Below, one piece after another: positions 50,485 through 61,916 of a stretch of 64,000 bases of DNA. Every line of letters starts with the position of its first letter. Position 1 is the first letter of the stretch. A program made the position numbers and the translations under genes. The stretch comes from Rhynchobatus australiae (Eukaryota), in the NCBI GenBank assembly GCA_034780895.1, contig JAUZTB010000076.1, forward strand, positions 42,910,639 to 42,974,638, given 5' to 3'. The notes beneath the pieces were generated by a model. It saw only the letters and a program-made list of their open reading frames with translations, made no database searches and had not been told where the DNA came from.

Positions 50485-50607
50485 CTGGAGCAACAAAGTA
50501 CACTGGGTATTCGTCTTCGGCCTGAACAATAATGTCACGAGATGACAATGACCTCATCAGAGGGAGATCCGGACCCCGGCGATGCTGTGCTTTCCATCCT
50601 TCAGTAT
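50485..50607 (-). CDS. LAMC2: laminin gamma-2 exon 6 (L4 domain), 123 nt
   Basis: cacAG / GTGAG; DTEGWKAQHRRGPDLPLMRSLSSRDIIVQAEDEYPVYFVAP. Confidence 0.92.
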
Positions 50608-51676
50608 CTGTGCACAAGGAGGGACTGGTAAATCTTTTTAATGACAATTAATTATGACATTTTTTCAGGAATATCCCAATTTAGCTGAAATCACTGAATT
50701 AATCACTAACATTAAACCCTATAAAGAAATTGTGCTATGAATCACTGCACAAATATTATTGAACATGTGTTGAATGAGTTTATAGGAGCTGTTCTTTTCT
50801 TGCATAATTGACAATATGCAGTGATCACGTTCACTAGTCATATTTACCATTATGGACAGCATTTTACCATTTGCAAAAAATTCAGTTTTGTCAAACCATT
50901 GCTAGTGGAAATATTATCGGCTTTGTCATGGTACATTCCTTTTCTGAAATATTTCAAGCTGGAGTAATATGCTTTTCAATGTTATGACAAAGTGATACGT
51001 TAATACATTGACAACTTTCATAACATCACAAGATTAGCTTTTGAATCCACTTCCTCTAAGGTGGAAAACAATTTTTGGTTCAGGTGAGAATTAAAATGCC
51101 TCAAATAGGCTTCTTGTTCATTACCTTTAACACCTGCTGTATATTCTTATCACAGGATCGTACAAGTTATCAGTCTTGTATTTCCTGGTACTACTGCAAG
51201 TAAGAGCTTTGTCTCGTACAAAGCTCTCAATAGCTATTCTGCAGCCTGAAGGTGGTTACATTTCAACTCTTCCTGTCCTCCTCCCTGCTGATCAATGGTT
51301 CTGTAGACACTGGCTGCATTCCAGAAACTCCACTCTTGGACAATGAGTGGTTGCAGGCTGGTTGAGCAAAGTCGACATGAGATGCATAACGATCAAAGCA
51401 GGAAGCCCAGGCTGGTGTTCCTCTCAGTGACCTAAGGGAGCTGGTAGCTTCTGGCTTACTCGGGTAACATATTCCATGATCTTTATAAACAAATCATTCC
51501 AAGAATCTTTTGATGTTGATTACTCAACCATTAATTCCAGACATGGGTTTGAGTCCTCAAAACTCTGGCTTGGGACCTCGCTCTTAATGTTAACTAAATT
51601 TCTACCAAGATGAGTTGTTGAGTGCCACCCCAGTAATATACCACACCTCAGTTCATTGCAGTAAGTGCTGCAGTAC

Positions 51677-51813
51677 CTGAATCAAACGTGGAGGTGATGT
51701 CATCCTCCCGGTAACCATCCTCCACTTTGCAGACTGATGAATGCCCGAAGCAAAAACATGCTGAACAGCCCATGGGGTTTTCCGGATGAAGGTTGTAATA
51801 ACCAAACTTGCAA
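51677..51813 (-). CDS. LAMC2: laminin gamma-2 exon 5 (LE end / start of L4), 137 nt
   Basis: cacAG / GTACTG; CKFGYYNLHPENPMGCSACFCFGHSSVCKVEDGYREDDITSTFDS. Confidence 0.93.
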
Positions 51814-52391
51814 CTGTGGGAGGGAGACAAACATTTGGAAAATGATGTTTCTCGTTGCTTTATTCATACAGCACTAGTGCTCCTCTGAGATTTAGCACAG
51901 CTCAACAGCACCTCCAAACCAGGCAGATGCCTACCCAAGGCTGGAAAGTCTGCCAAGGACATGCAAATGACCCTAAGTGTAAAATAACAAGCAGGACCAA
52001 GGGGTAAATTTTTATTGTGCATTTTTGTTCAAGATTTTGTTTAAAACTATTTCTAATCCATCATTAAAAATAAAACTAATAACTAATGGCTTTATTCAAC
52101 TAGCAATAAAATAACAACCATAAAGGCACTCAATTTTTAATAAAGCTTTTATGCAGTTTGTGTATCTTAATAGCTTCAGGTATAAGGCTGGGAGGGATTG
52201 AAGATGTTGACAAAGAAATATGCTGATATGCAAATAAAGATGCCGATTTAAAAAAAATAATTTTGCAACTGCTAGAATAGCTACTTCAAGCTTTACCAAC
52301 ATGACTTAAGGACAGAAATTTGTATTTGTCATTGTTAAATGTACAAGTCATGTAATAAATAAAAATTAAATTTAAAAAAGTTTTTTTCCAA

Positions 52392-53810
52392 TGGAGACAC
52401 AAGAAACTAGGTGCTGGAATCTGGAGCAACAAACAATCTGCTGGAGGAACTCGGTGGGACCAGTATTTTGTGGGGGGGGAGGGGGGAGGGGGGGGCATGT
52501 GGAGGGAAATAAATGGTCGACATTTTGGATTGAAACCCTGCATGGATTAAAAGTGGAGCAGGGAGAGAGCCAGTATGAAGAGGAGAGGGGGAGCGTTGAG
52601 ATGGGCCATATTAGTGATGGGGGTGGGGATTGAAGGATGATGGGCAGATTGAGCCAGCCAGGGGAGGGGTAGGTGTGGAGCTGAGAGGCAGGTGCATGAT
52701 AGATGGAGGCAGGACTGAAAGGGCAGATGGAGCCAGGTGGGGGGAAGGGAGGGTGAATGTGGAGACAGCTGCAAAGGTGATAAGCAGGAATGCAAAGGCT
52801 GCCAGCTTCAGATTCTGATAACTAAGGAAGGTGATAATAAGAACCATTAGGGGATAGGTGAAGGGCAGATGGAGTCAGAACCAGNNNNNNNNNNNNNNNN
52901 NNNNNNNNNNNNNNNNNNNNNNNNNNNNNNNNNNNNNNNNNNNNNNNNNNNNNNNNNNNNNNNNNNNNNNNNNNNNNNNNNNNNGGGGATAGGTGAAGGG
53001 CAGATGGAGTCAGAACCAGATGTAGGGGGAGGGGGAGGGGGATGAGAGCCAGTGGGTGAAATATGTGGGTACTGGGTTGATGGGACTGGGAAGGGGATGA
53101 AAATGGGTGATGATGAGGGTTGTGTTTGGGGGGGGTGGGTGGGTGGGATTGGAAACGTACTAGAGGAGAGTGTTATCTGAAATTGGAAAATTCAATGTTC
53201 ATATCACTGGGTTGTGACCACCCAGGTGGAATATGAGGTGCTGTTCCCCCAGGCCTCACCCTGGCAGTAGAGAAGGCAGAGGACAGGTTAGCTCCAGAAT
53301 GGGAAGGGGAGTTGAAACAGCATGCAACTGGGAACTTGGGATGACCATTGCACAGAGAGAGAGAACAGGTGCTCTGTGAATTGGTTGCCTTGGTCTCACC
53401 AATTATAGAGGAGGCCATATCAGGAGCATTGAATGCTGCAGACAGGGTTGGAAGAGGTGTACGTGAATCTTTGCCTCATCTGTTGGGTCTCTGGATGTTG
53501 GTGAGAGAGGAGGTGTAACAACAAGTGTTGCATTTCCTGTGGTTGCAGGTGTAAGTCCCAGGGGTCAGGGAGGGACAGGTGGGGAGGGAATGAGCAGACC
53601 AGGAAGTCGAGGGAGTGGTTCTTGTGGAAGGGGATGGGGAGGAGAAGATGTGGCTGGTGGTGGGATCTTGTTGTAGCTGGTGGAAATGCCAAAGGATGAT
53701 GTTCTTGATGTGGAGGTTGGTAGGGTGAAAGGTGAGGACTAGAACTTTATCTCTGCTCTATCTGGAGGGAGTTGGGGTAAGAACAGAAGTCCAAGAAATA
53801 TGAGAGGGAA
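52392..53810 (-). mobile_element. Penelope-like retroelement 3' part (GIY-YIG endonuclease remnant plus terminal repeat)
   Basis: Minus strand QRFTYTSSNPVCSIQCS*YGLL/YIGETK (about 53390-53480) and QPSDMNIEFSNFR C-terminus, then a pyrimidine-rich spacer and the terminal repeat family seen across the window. Confidence 0.8.
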
Positions 53811-53843
53811 CTTTTTCTAATGAAGTTATTTCAAACCACTTAC

Positions 53844-53942
53844 CGATTACAGTTGGACCCTTCAACATTATATTTACAGTTGCACTCTCCTGTTTCAACA
53901 TCACAGATCCGTGTAACACCAGCCATATTGCAAGTACAGCGC
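53844..53942 (-). CDS. LAMC2: laminin gamma-2 exon 4 (LE), 99 nt
   Basis: gcAG / GTAAGT; RCTCNMAGVTRICDVETGECNCKYNVEGSNCNR; this reading frame is not the one shown in the ORF track. Confidence 0.92.
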
Positions 53943-54217
53943 CTGCCAGTAAAAACAGTTTGTTAATGGTGGGTGAACTGGGTATCATGCAGTGATTAAT
54001 TCAGATGGGACACTGAGTTTTGTTCTGCTAATTTCCACCCATCCTGCTCTGAAGGCACTAATTCAAATAATGGTAGAACCTTTACTTTTCAGTGTATTGA
54101 GATGCTGACAATTTTTTGTAAAGAAATCTGGCTGGTGTAATACAGTGACTAAGCATGGTGTGATGTAGTGTGTGCTCCTACGTGGGCCTTTGAGTGTGTG
54201 AAATGGTACACATCTGG

Positions 54218-54495
54218 TTAAGATAAGATCTTCATTAGTCACATGTACATCGAAACACACAGTGAAATACATCTTTTTTTGCGTTGAGTGTTCTGTGGGC
54301 AGCCCGCAAGTGTTGCCACGCTTCCGGTACCAACATAGCATGTCCACAACTTCCTAACCCGTATGTCTTGGAATGTGGGAGGAAACTGGAGCACCCGGAG
54401 GAAACCCACGCAGACACAAGGAGAACGTACAATCTCTTTACAGACAGTGGCCGGAATTGAACCCAGGTTGCTGGCGCTGTAAATCATTACGCTAA
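54218..54495 (-). mobile_element. tRNA-derived V-domain SINE
   Basis: Minus strand acagcgccagcaacctgggttcaattccgg (B box) and gcgtgggtttcctccgggtgctccagtttcctcccaca V-domain. Confidence 0.85.
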
Positions 54496-55664
54496 CTGCA
54501 AGTGTTAGCANNNNNNNNNNNNNNNNNNNNNNNNNNNNNNNNNNNNNNNNNNNNNNNNNNNNNNNNNNNNNNNNNNNNNNNNNNNNNNNNNNNNNNNNNN
54601 NNNNNNNNNNCGCTGTAAATCATTACGCTAACTGCAAGTGTTAGCAAAACATTAAGAAACTGCTTCAGTGACCAGTGAGCACTGAGTGTTTTTGACTCCA
54701 TGTGTCACTCTTGCATAAATTGCGTGGAATTATGTGGATTATTGCAGCACTGAACTAGCCCATCTGACCCAACTAATCTATGTTGTTCCCCTTCCCGTCC
54801 AACTAATCTTGTTAATCAACTGTTTGGTAGTTGGGCCTGCAGTATTATGTATGGTTTGGAGCACCCAGTTTTAAAAAGGGCATAAAAACAATGAAAAGGT
54901 TATTGTCTAAACCCATTAAGATGAAAAATTCTAGTTGTGGAGAGAGATTCAAATCTTTTCATTAAGGTTGCAGAGTTAATGGATGAGCTGATAGAGTTTT
55001 TCACAATTGTGTAGGATTTGGAAATGGTAAATACTGAAGGATTGTATGCATTGATTGATGGGATGGTAATATGATGGCACAAAGTTAAGATCATCAAAAA
55101 GTAGAAGAAAGGCTTAAAAAAATCTTTGCATACTGTGTGGTTAGAATGTAGAATTTTCTGCCACAAACCTTTGTTTAAGCGAAGCAAATAAATTGTTTTA
55201 AAAGGGAATTGGACAGTTGCTTGCAAAGGAAGAATATCTAAAGGAATGGGGGTTGGAGCAAGTAAAAAGGATCAGAGGGGGTGGCTCAGGTGTTGCAACA
55301 ACGCTGACAGTCCTTGCTGCAATAAATGGATTGTTTTTTTGGAATCTGGCATACTGCAGAAAGTTAGAAATGGAATAGATGAAATAATAAGAAACATCAA
55401 GTGTTGCAAATTGTTCAAAAGGCAGAAAATGATACCAATAAAATGCAGGCCTGATTACCTCTGAACAGAGAAAAGATTGCTTTGTACTTCAATTACAGAT
55501 CTGACAACGGATGTACATCTCAAACACAAGTTTTCCTTTCTCCTTTACAAACACTGACTTCCCAGTTTCTTTTTTGATTATGTATTAAAAATGCAGTATT
55601 ATATGTCATCTATTATCATAGTTTAAAACACTCGCCAGACGTGAGGAGGTCTTGGTACACCTAC

Positions 55665-55785
55665 TTGCAACCAGTGCTGGATAATGAGTAAAAACCAGGC
55701 TGGCACTTGTCACACTTGTCCCCAATCACTCCTTCTGCTTTGCACCTGCAGCGACCATATTCGTCACAGCTGCTACCAGTGGAAC
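55665..55785 (-). CDS. LAMC2: laminin gamma-2 exon 3 (LE), 121 nt
   Basis: cccAG / GTAGG; GSTGSSCDEYGRCRCKAEGVIGDKCDKCQPGFYSLSSTGCK. Confidence 0.93.
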
Positions 55786-55849
55786 CTGGGAGACACAAAG
55801 CATTAAAACAAAACCATCTTATCGTAAGAAATGTCGCTCTTGTCAACTT

Positions 55850-56180
55850 CACTCAGTTGAGTGCACTTTTACCTCAAACTAAAAGCACATAGGTTCAAAC
55901 TCCATCCCAAGATTTTAAAATAATCTGTGTTGATCCCTGATATAACACTGACAAGCTGAGTGCTGCATTGACAAGGATGATGCCCTTTAGATAGTACAAT
56001 AATGCAGATATTCAAGAACCGAGAGTACCACTTGAAGGAAAAGGTGATTAGTTCACAATTGATTAAACAACATCGATCTCTTGGTTGTTTACGAGATGTC
56101 TTTGCATTTCCATGTAACAGGTCAAAAAGTAGTGCATTGTGAAGCATTTACAGATGTCTCAACAGTGTGAGGCAGAGCAT
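55850..56180 (+). mobile_element. Ancient Deu-domain-type SINE (SacSINE1-like), degenerate
   Basis: ctcagttgagtgcacttttacctc..ggttcaaactcca..gagtgctgcattg; colinear with 61540-61916; family assignment from memory. Confidence 0.45.
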
Positions 56181-56649
56181 TTTCCATGGTTTTGAGTAAT
56201 GAGTAGCAGCATATGCATGCAACTATGATTTGTTTACTACGCAGAATTACATCTAGTCTTTTTCTTAAGGTTTTTGCAAGCTCTCTTCTGCCCTAGAGGA
56301 TGTCCTAGGAAACTATTTCCTTGTATTACTAAACCCACTTTGGTCAAGCTACCCCCACTTAATAAAGAGTTAAATGGAGTTTTGCCACCGGCAAATGAGA
56401 TATAATGCCACTTGGAGATAATTTATCATTTTTGTGCAGTAACTGATGACCCTTTCTCATTATTTTTGTACATAATGGAACTTTGAGGCAAAATACAGGA
56501 GCTCCCCAATCCCATTTCTACTGCTTGCTACCAAATGAAAGATCACAGCCTTCAGCAGAGGCAGTTTTGGGCTATGACATTCTATGCAGTTACTCAAAAT
56601 CTGCTACTCAAGGGTCACAAGTAGTTCTAGTGAAAGGCAACTATGTGCC

Positions 56650-56840
56650 AAAAAAACAAACTGCTGAAGGAACTTAGACGCTCAGAACATTTGTAGAGGG
56701 AAATGGACAGTGGAGATCCTCCAGGTATCGACCCAAAACGTTAACTGTCCAGTTCCCTCTGCTGATGCTGCCTGATCAGCTGAGTTCCTCCAGCAGTTTG
56801 TTTTTCTATACCAAGTGCCAGCATCTGTAGTCTCTTGCGT
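56650..56840. mobile_element. Short Penelope-derived fold-back element
   Basis: aaaaacaaactgctgaaggaact / agttcctccagcagtttgttttt and agagggaaatggacagt / actgtccagttccctct inverted pairs. Confidence 0.7.
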
Positions 56841-57675
56841 TGCTGAAAGACAACCATGCAATGGTAGTAACTGGTCACTGACAATTTTGTCAAACATTTT
56901 TATATTTTCTTTCACAAGCTTTCCTTGTCATGTACGATTTGACATGAAATTGAAACAGTGGTCTCTTTTCTGTTGTGTTGCATAGAATGTAACATACAGA
57001 CTTGACTCAACCCCTGGATGAGGTCCACTTAAGGTAAACATGGCTCATTCCCTTCGCTGGTGGTTCTGGCCTACACGTGTGCAAAGTATAACAAAATCTC
57101 TCCATATTCTCTGGTTTGCAGATGCTCGGATGCAAGTTAGATCGAATTTAGTACATTTTGATTTACCAAGTAAAGACTTTGGACTGATTACATTTCTCTT
57201 TTCACCCACATAGAAACAACATTGTTTAATTTAAAACAAGGTAGCACAGAAGGCTTGAAATGCCCAGCTCTGTTTTCCAACGGTTTGACTCCAGGATATA
57301 CGATTGTAGCTACAAGGAAGCAGGGGAACAACAGACCCACAGCAAAGTGGCTCCATGAATCTGTCATCAGGTCCCCTGGTGCAGCTTGCTAAATGTAGAG
57401 TATGGTGTTGTTTATCTGTACTCATTATATCAGATGATTTTTGCCAATCATCCATGGAGATTGATATCAAATATTAAAGGAGGAAAGCACTCTGCAGGGA
57501 TCACTCTCCTAAGATTGGAATGGTCGTTTAAAGTAAAATAAAAATGCTTCAAGGCACCATCTTGATCTGATTAATATTGATTCTCATCCAATGGGTAGTA
57601 GGCAAATGATTTCACTGTCCCCCTCGCCCAAACTAATACCATAAAAAGGCATGAATTTTAACTCCACAAACTTAC

Positions 57676-57864
57676 CCAGTGAATTGCATCGACAGGGCTG
57701 ACAGTGTCCCCCTCGGTGTGTTGGGTAGTAATTTTCCTTGCATTTTTCGCAATGTATTCCCTCAGTGTTACCAATGCAGTTCACACAGCGTGTACCACTT
57801 CCAGTCTGTTGGTACAGTATCGGATCCCACACACATTGTCTAGCCCTGTGATTACAGCTGCACT
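57676..57864 (-). CDS. LAMC2: laminin gamma-2 exon 2 (LE module), 189 nt
   Basis: ttccacAG acceptor, GTAAG donor; CSCNHRARQCVWDPILYQQTGSGTRCVNCIGNTEGIHCEKCKENYYPTHRGGHCQPCRCNSLG. Confidence 0.93.
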
Positions 57865-59177
57865 CTGTGGAAAGACAATAAATATATGAACAAAGATGCC
57901 TATTAATGTTAATACCAGCAGCACCAGTTGAAACCAGTTTTCACTCTTATTTAATGCTGTACTAAATAGTTGTGCCCATCAATAATGCTTGCTCACAGGT
58001 GCAGCAGTACATTAACAATAGAGTTCACCTGATTGATTTAAAACATTCCATTCTTCATTGGCTTGTTTTAATAATTGTTATTTTATTGTTTTAATTGCTT
58101 GTCAACCACGTAACTCCATTTTAGTCATATAGTTCCACAAAGCAACAGCTGTAGTAGTCTGCATGTCTAGACCCTTAACCTCACTGTGTAGTGAAATGAT
58201 CCAGGACGAATAATTACATTGTCTGTGTAATTTAGCATGATGTTTAAGAATGTTAAAATTGTAACAAATTACAAATGAAGAAGATTCACAAGGGAAATGG
58301 ATTTAAAAGGATTATATCAATAGGGAAACACAGCGTGACCACAAGAACTCCCAAGGGGCATTTTGTAGCGTTACTGAAGGCTGCCTCACACGGTTGGAAT
58401 GGCTTGGCGACAAATCAACCAGACTTTCACATATCGTAGCCCATCAAATAACCACAGAACTCACTAACAAACTTGGAACTATTTATAATAGATGGCTTCT
58501 AAATTAAAATAGAAGTGCTGTAACCAAGAGGATTTAATTTTAGAAATTACCATTTCTTTTTACACTACCTCCTGCATTTTCCTTATAGGAGACTATTCTT
58601 AAGGCCACATGGAAAGAAAGTAAAATAGCCAGATATCAGAATTTTTTTATAAACAACTAGTCTGCCTACATAACCAATGCAATTTAAAATTAATTCATGC
58701 TAATGAATATTTTAAGGCAGTGTGATGAGGTGCAATGTAAATACAAGCATTTGCTCCATGGACCTGGTGTCTAACAGAAGGAGATAAGTCTGGATTTTAA
58801 GCTGAATTTATTCACATTTATGTAATGATCTTTAGTTCACTTTATTTTTGATCCTTCAGCGGTTATAGCCCAGACATTTTTGCTTGGTGCCTGTCGCAAG
58901 CAGACTAGCAGTGCAACATCTGCAGGGGAGCTTTGGGCTATTTTTGTTCCTGACATAACTGGCTTCCATTTCAAAATGTAATGAGATGAGTTAGCCTGAC
59001 CTTTCAGGTTAAGGATTCTTTAACATAGATTATTAAAAATACAATTTACATCAGCAGCATTCGGAATACTTCCACTGACTCCAACAAGTGCCACAAGATG
59101 GCTCTGTTTCTCTTTTAGATTTGAAACAAATCCTTTGCTCTCTCTGCATTCCCATTACGATGTATATTGTCTGCACT

Positions 59178-59323
59178 TGAAAAACATTATGATGCTGGAG
59201 GAACTCAGTAGGTCAGGAAGAGGGCCTATCTTCAGTCCTGAAGAAGGGTTCTGACCCAAAATGTTGACTGCCTGCTTTTCTCCACGGATGCTACCTGGCC
59301 TGTTGAATTCCTCCAGCATCATA
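59178..59323 (+). mobile_element. Short Penelope-derived element with 30-bp inverted arms and flanking 16-bp direct repeat
   Basis: Arms 59188-59217 / 59294-59323 (26/30 complementary); flanks gtatattgtctgcact (59162-59177) / gtatattgtttgcact (59324-59339). Confidence 0.75.
59233..59270 (+). ncRNA. Degenerate minimal type-I hammerhead ribozyme motif
   Basis: CAGTC-CTGAAGA-A-GGGT(TCTG)ACCC-AAAA-TG-TT-GACTG: perfect 5-bp stem I, 4-bp stem II; core deviations are CpG-type transitions. Confidence 0.55.
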
Positions 59324-59485
59324 GTATATTGTTTGCACTATTTCCCACTCTATCCCAACACTGTGAAATCACCTCTCTTCTTCCAGTGTGTAGACATGTA
59401 CTGTGAGATACAGTGGTAGGAATGTAAATTTGACCATTTTTTGCAGGTGTTACAGACTAGTTACTATTGGTGAATGTCCCTTTAA

Positions 59486-59488
<3 letters not shown>

Positions 59489-59529
<41 letters not shown>
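59489..59529. repeat. (TG)16(CG)4 compound microsatellite
   Basis: Directly visible alternating purine-pyrimidine tract. Confidence 0.95.
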
Positions 59530-59530
<1 letters not shown>

Positions 59531-61539
59531 ACATTAATGGAAATTGTTGCAAGCTGTTGGTTCAGCACAGCCTGTCTACGGTGAAACTGGGTACCTGAGT
59601 ACCTTCCTATTTGCTAAACCTTTTGGGGAAGCCAATAACTATTGTGTGTGTTTGCCAGATATTGCCAGTGTGGATCAAAAGTTCCACTGCACCACATGAT
59701 GTCACTTCAAAACTAAATGCTGGTCATCAGTTTCAGCTGTTGATGCCCCCCACAGAAATGCACATGATGGAGTCCCATTACTCAGTTTAAGTGACTTGCC
59801 AAAACAGCTTCAAAGTATTGCAGTGGATGGCTGTAACTCAAATAATATCTTATCTCCTTTGATACTAATTTGCAATTAACTACTGTTAATTAAAGAGCTC
59901 CACTTAAACTTGCTGTAAAACAGCTGCATTTATTGTAGTGCTTTTAAAAGTAAACCCTATCACCCGTTGCATGGAAATAGGAGAGAAATGCAACAGAATG
60001 TTCTCTGCCTGAGCCCTTGGGTCCTGAATTACTAGAATTGATTTCACAGAGACAGCATATGGAGTGCTTTCTTACACTTTCAACCATAAACATAGTTAAG
60101 ATTATTTAACAGGTTTAACAGCTACAATAAGTAACTTGGTCCAATTGATTAACTGTTAACCAGTGTTATAACTATGCAAGTGATTTAAAATGGAGCAGCA
60201 TGTCACAGCTTCTCCTGTATCAAAGTGTAATGTGTTACACCCAAGGTTGGGAGGGAGAAGATCTATCCATTAATAATTCACTAGTCCTTTCCCTAAACAG
60301 TATCAGGACCAAAGTGTTTTATAACCACTTCATCTCATTACTTGCTTTACACTGTTTCCAAGCTGAAGATTGTTTGCAACATATTTCCTTAATTCAATTT
60401 TTTTTGGGGTGTGGGTATTGTGAGCAGGGCCAGCATTAATTTCCTATCTTGAATTGCCCTCGAAGCTAATGGTGAACTGCTGTAGTCTTTGTGGTGAGGG
60501 TACGTCCACTGTTCTAGGCCAGAGAGGATTGTGATTTGGTGGGAAACTTGCAAGTGGTGGTATTTCTGTACACCTGATATCCGTGTCCAAAAATACATCT
60601 GTTAATAATTGACAGATCTATAACCCTATCAATAGTTAAATCTATAGAACTGGGAATAGTGCTGCTTTATACTTTGGAAGGTACCATAGTTTTGTTCTGT
60701 GTCTTTAAGTTGTAATGCTAAAACAGAATGAAAGTATCTCATTTTTTGAATATTCCACATGTTCATTATTATTATTCTTTCAAAACCCAGTGACTGAACA
60801 TCATCATGTCTCAACTGACTTGAACATAATCTGTTTTGTAGTCTGTGATCCAGCATTTTATTGCGGTTCAGCCATGCAGAGTTTATTGATTACTTCAGTG
60901 AGGCATAAGACAAGGACATCATATCACAAGATACAAATTCATGAGTGGGTAAATCAGTTCATTAAGTGTACATACATTCAGACAAATGACACTCATTCAT
61001 CATGGAGATCTAATTAATGATCTTCACTCTTCACATACATAGATTATCACTGCCTACATTTTGGGTAAATTGCCTGCCTTATTTAGAATTCAGGATGTAG
61101 CTGCATGTAAACAGTATGATGCAGTGTGGCCCAGACTTGCAGAATGAAAGCTCCTGGTATGTCTCTTTCAATGCAACTTCCATGAACTTGAGTCTAGTTC
61201 TTCAGAAACCAGTATCATAAAAATTCCCCTAACTGAACAATTTCATTCAGGGAAGCCAGAATTTGGCTGTATTTGGAAATAGGAAGAAAAAAAATCAAAT
61301 AAAGATTTTGGTACTTTTATTAGGGCAGTGTAACATAAGCTCAGCCCTATGCTTATTCATTTCTGTACTTGATCCAANNNNNNNNNNNNNNNCATGGATT
61401 TCCAACTCCAACACCCAAAAAAAATTGGAATAAATGTAACACAAACTTGGGGGTTGGGGGGGAGGGGGGGAAACCACGTTAGCTGTGAGAGAGTCGCTGT
61501 TGAAACAATAACCTGACATTTCTCTGACAACGGTCAGCC

Positions 61540-61916
61540 ATAGATCAGTTGGCACCACCCCTGCCTCTGAGAAGGTTGAAGATTCATAAACCTCTTCCTC
61601 GTCACCCAAGTACAAAATCCAAACTGATACTCTTGTGATAGAGAAGCAGTCTTGAGAGTGAGATATTAAATCAGGGACCCGTTTGCTCAAAGATCAAATG
61701 ACCCTATCTAAAGAAGAGCAGGAATGCTCCCTTAGTACGCTGGTTTCTATTTATCTCTTCACCAAGTAACTAATATTGTTCATTTATTACACGTATGTTT
61801 GCTCATTTGCTAAGCACATATTAGCTACAGCACACGTCAGAGCAAAATGTTGAATTTTAAAGCCCAATGGCAAGACCTGAGAGTGTCAAAGATGCAATAT
61901 AAATTCAAATTCTTTC
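61540..61916 (+). mobile_element. Ancient Deu-domain-type SINE (SacSINE1-like)
   Basis: tcagttggcaccacccctgcctctgagaaggttg..gagatattaaatcagggaccc..aaagaagagcagg..atttatctcttcacca..gcaatataaattcaaattctttc; family assignment from memory. Confidence 0.55.

Larger units (their letters stand above)
18840..57864 (-). other. LAMC2: Laminin gamma chain gene, LAMC2-like; span of coding exons 2-23 (exon 1 not found in window)
   Basis: 22 exons joined manually with AG/GT ends and compatible phases; total 3476 nt, in frame to TAA. Domain order LE x3 - L4 - LEb - coiled coil. Reduced LE 'CYTSDQ' module and lack of the two extra gamma1 LEb modules favour gamma2, although much of the sequence is gamma1-like. 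Exon numbering follows human LAMC2. Confidence 0.85.
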
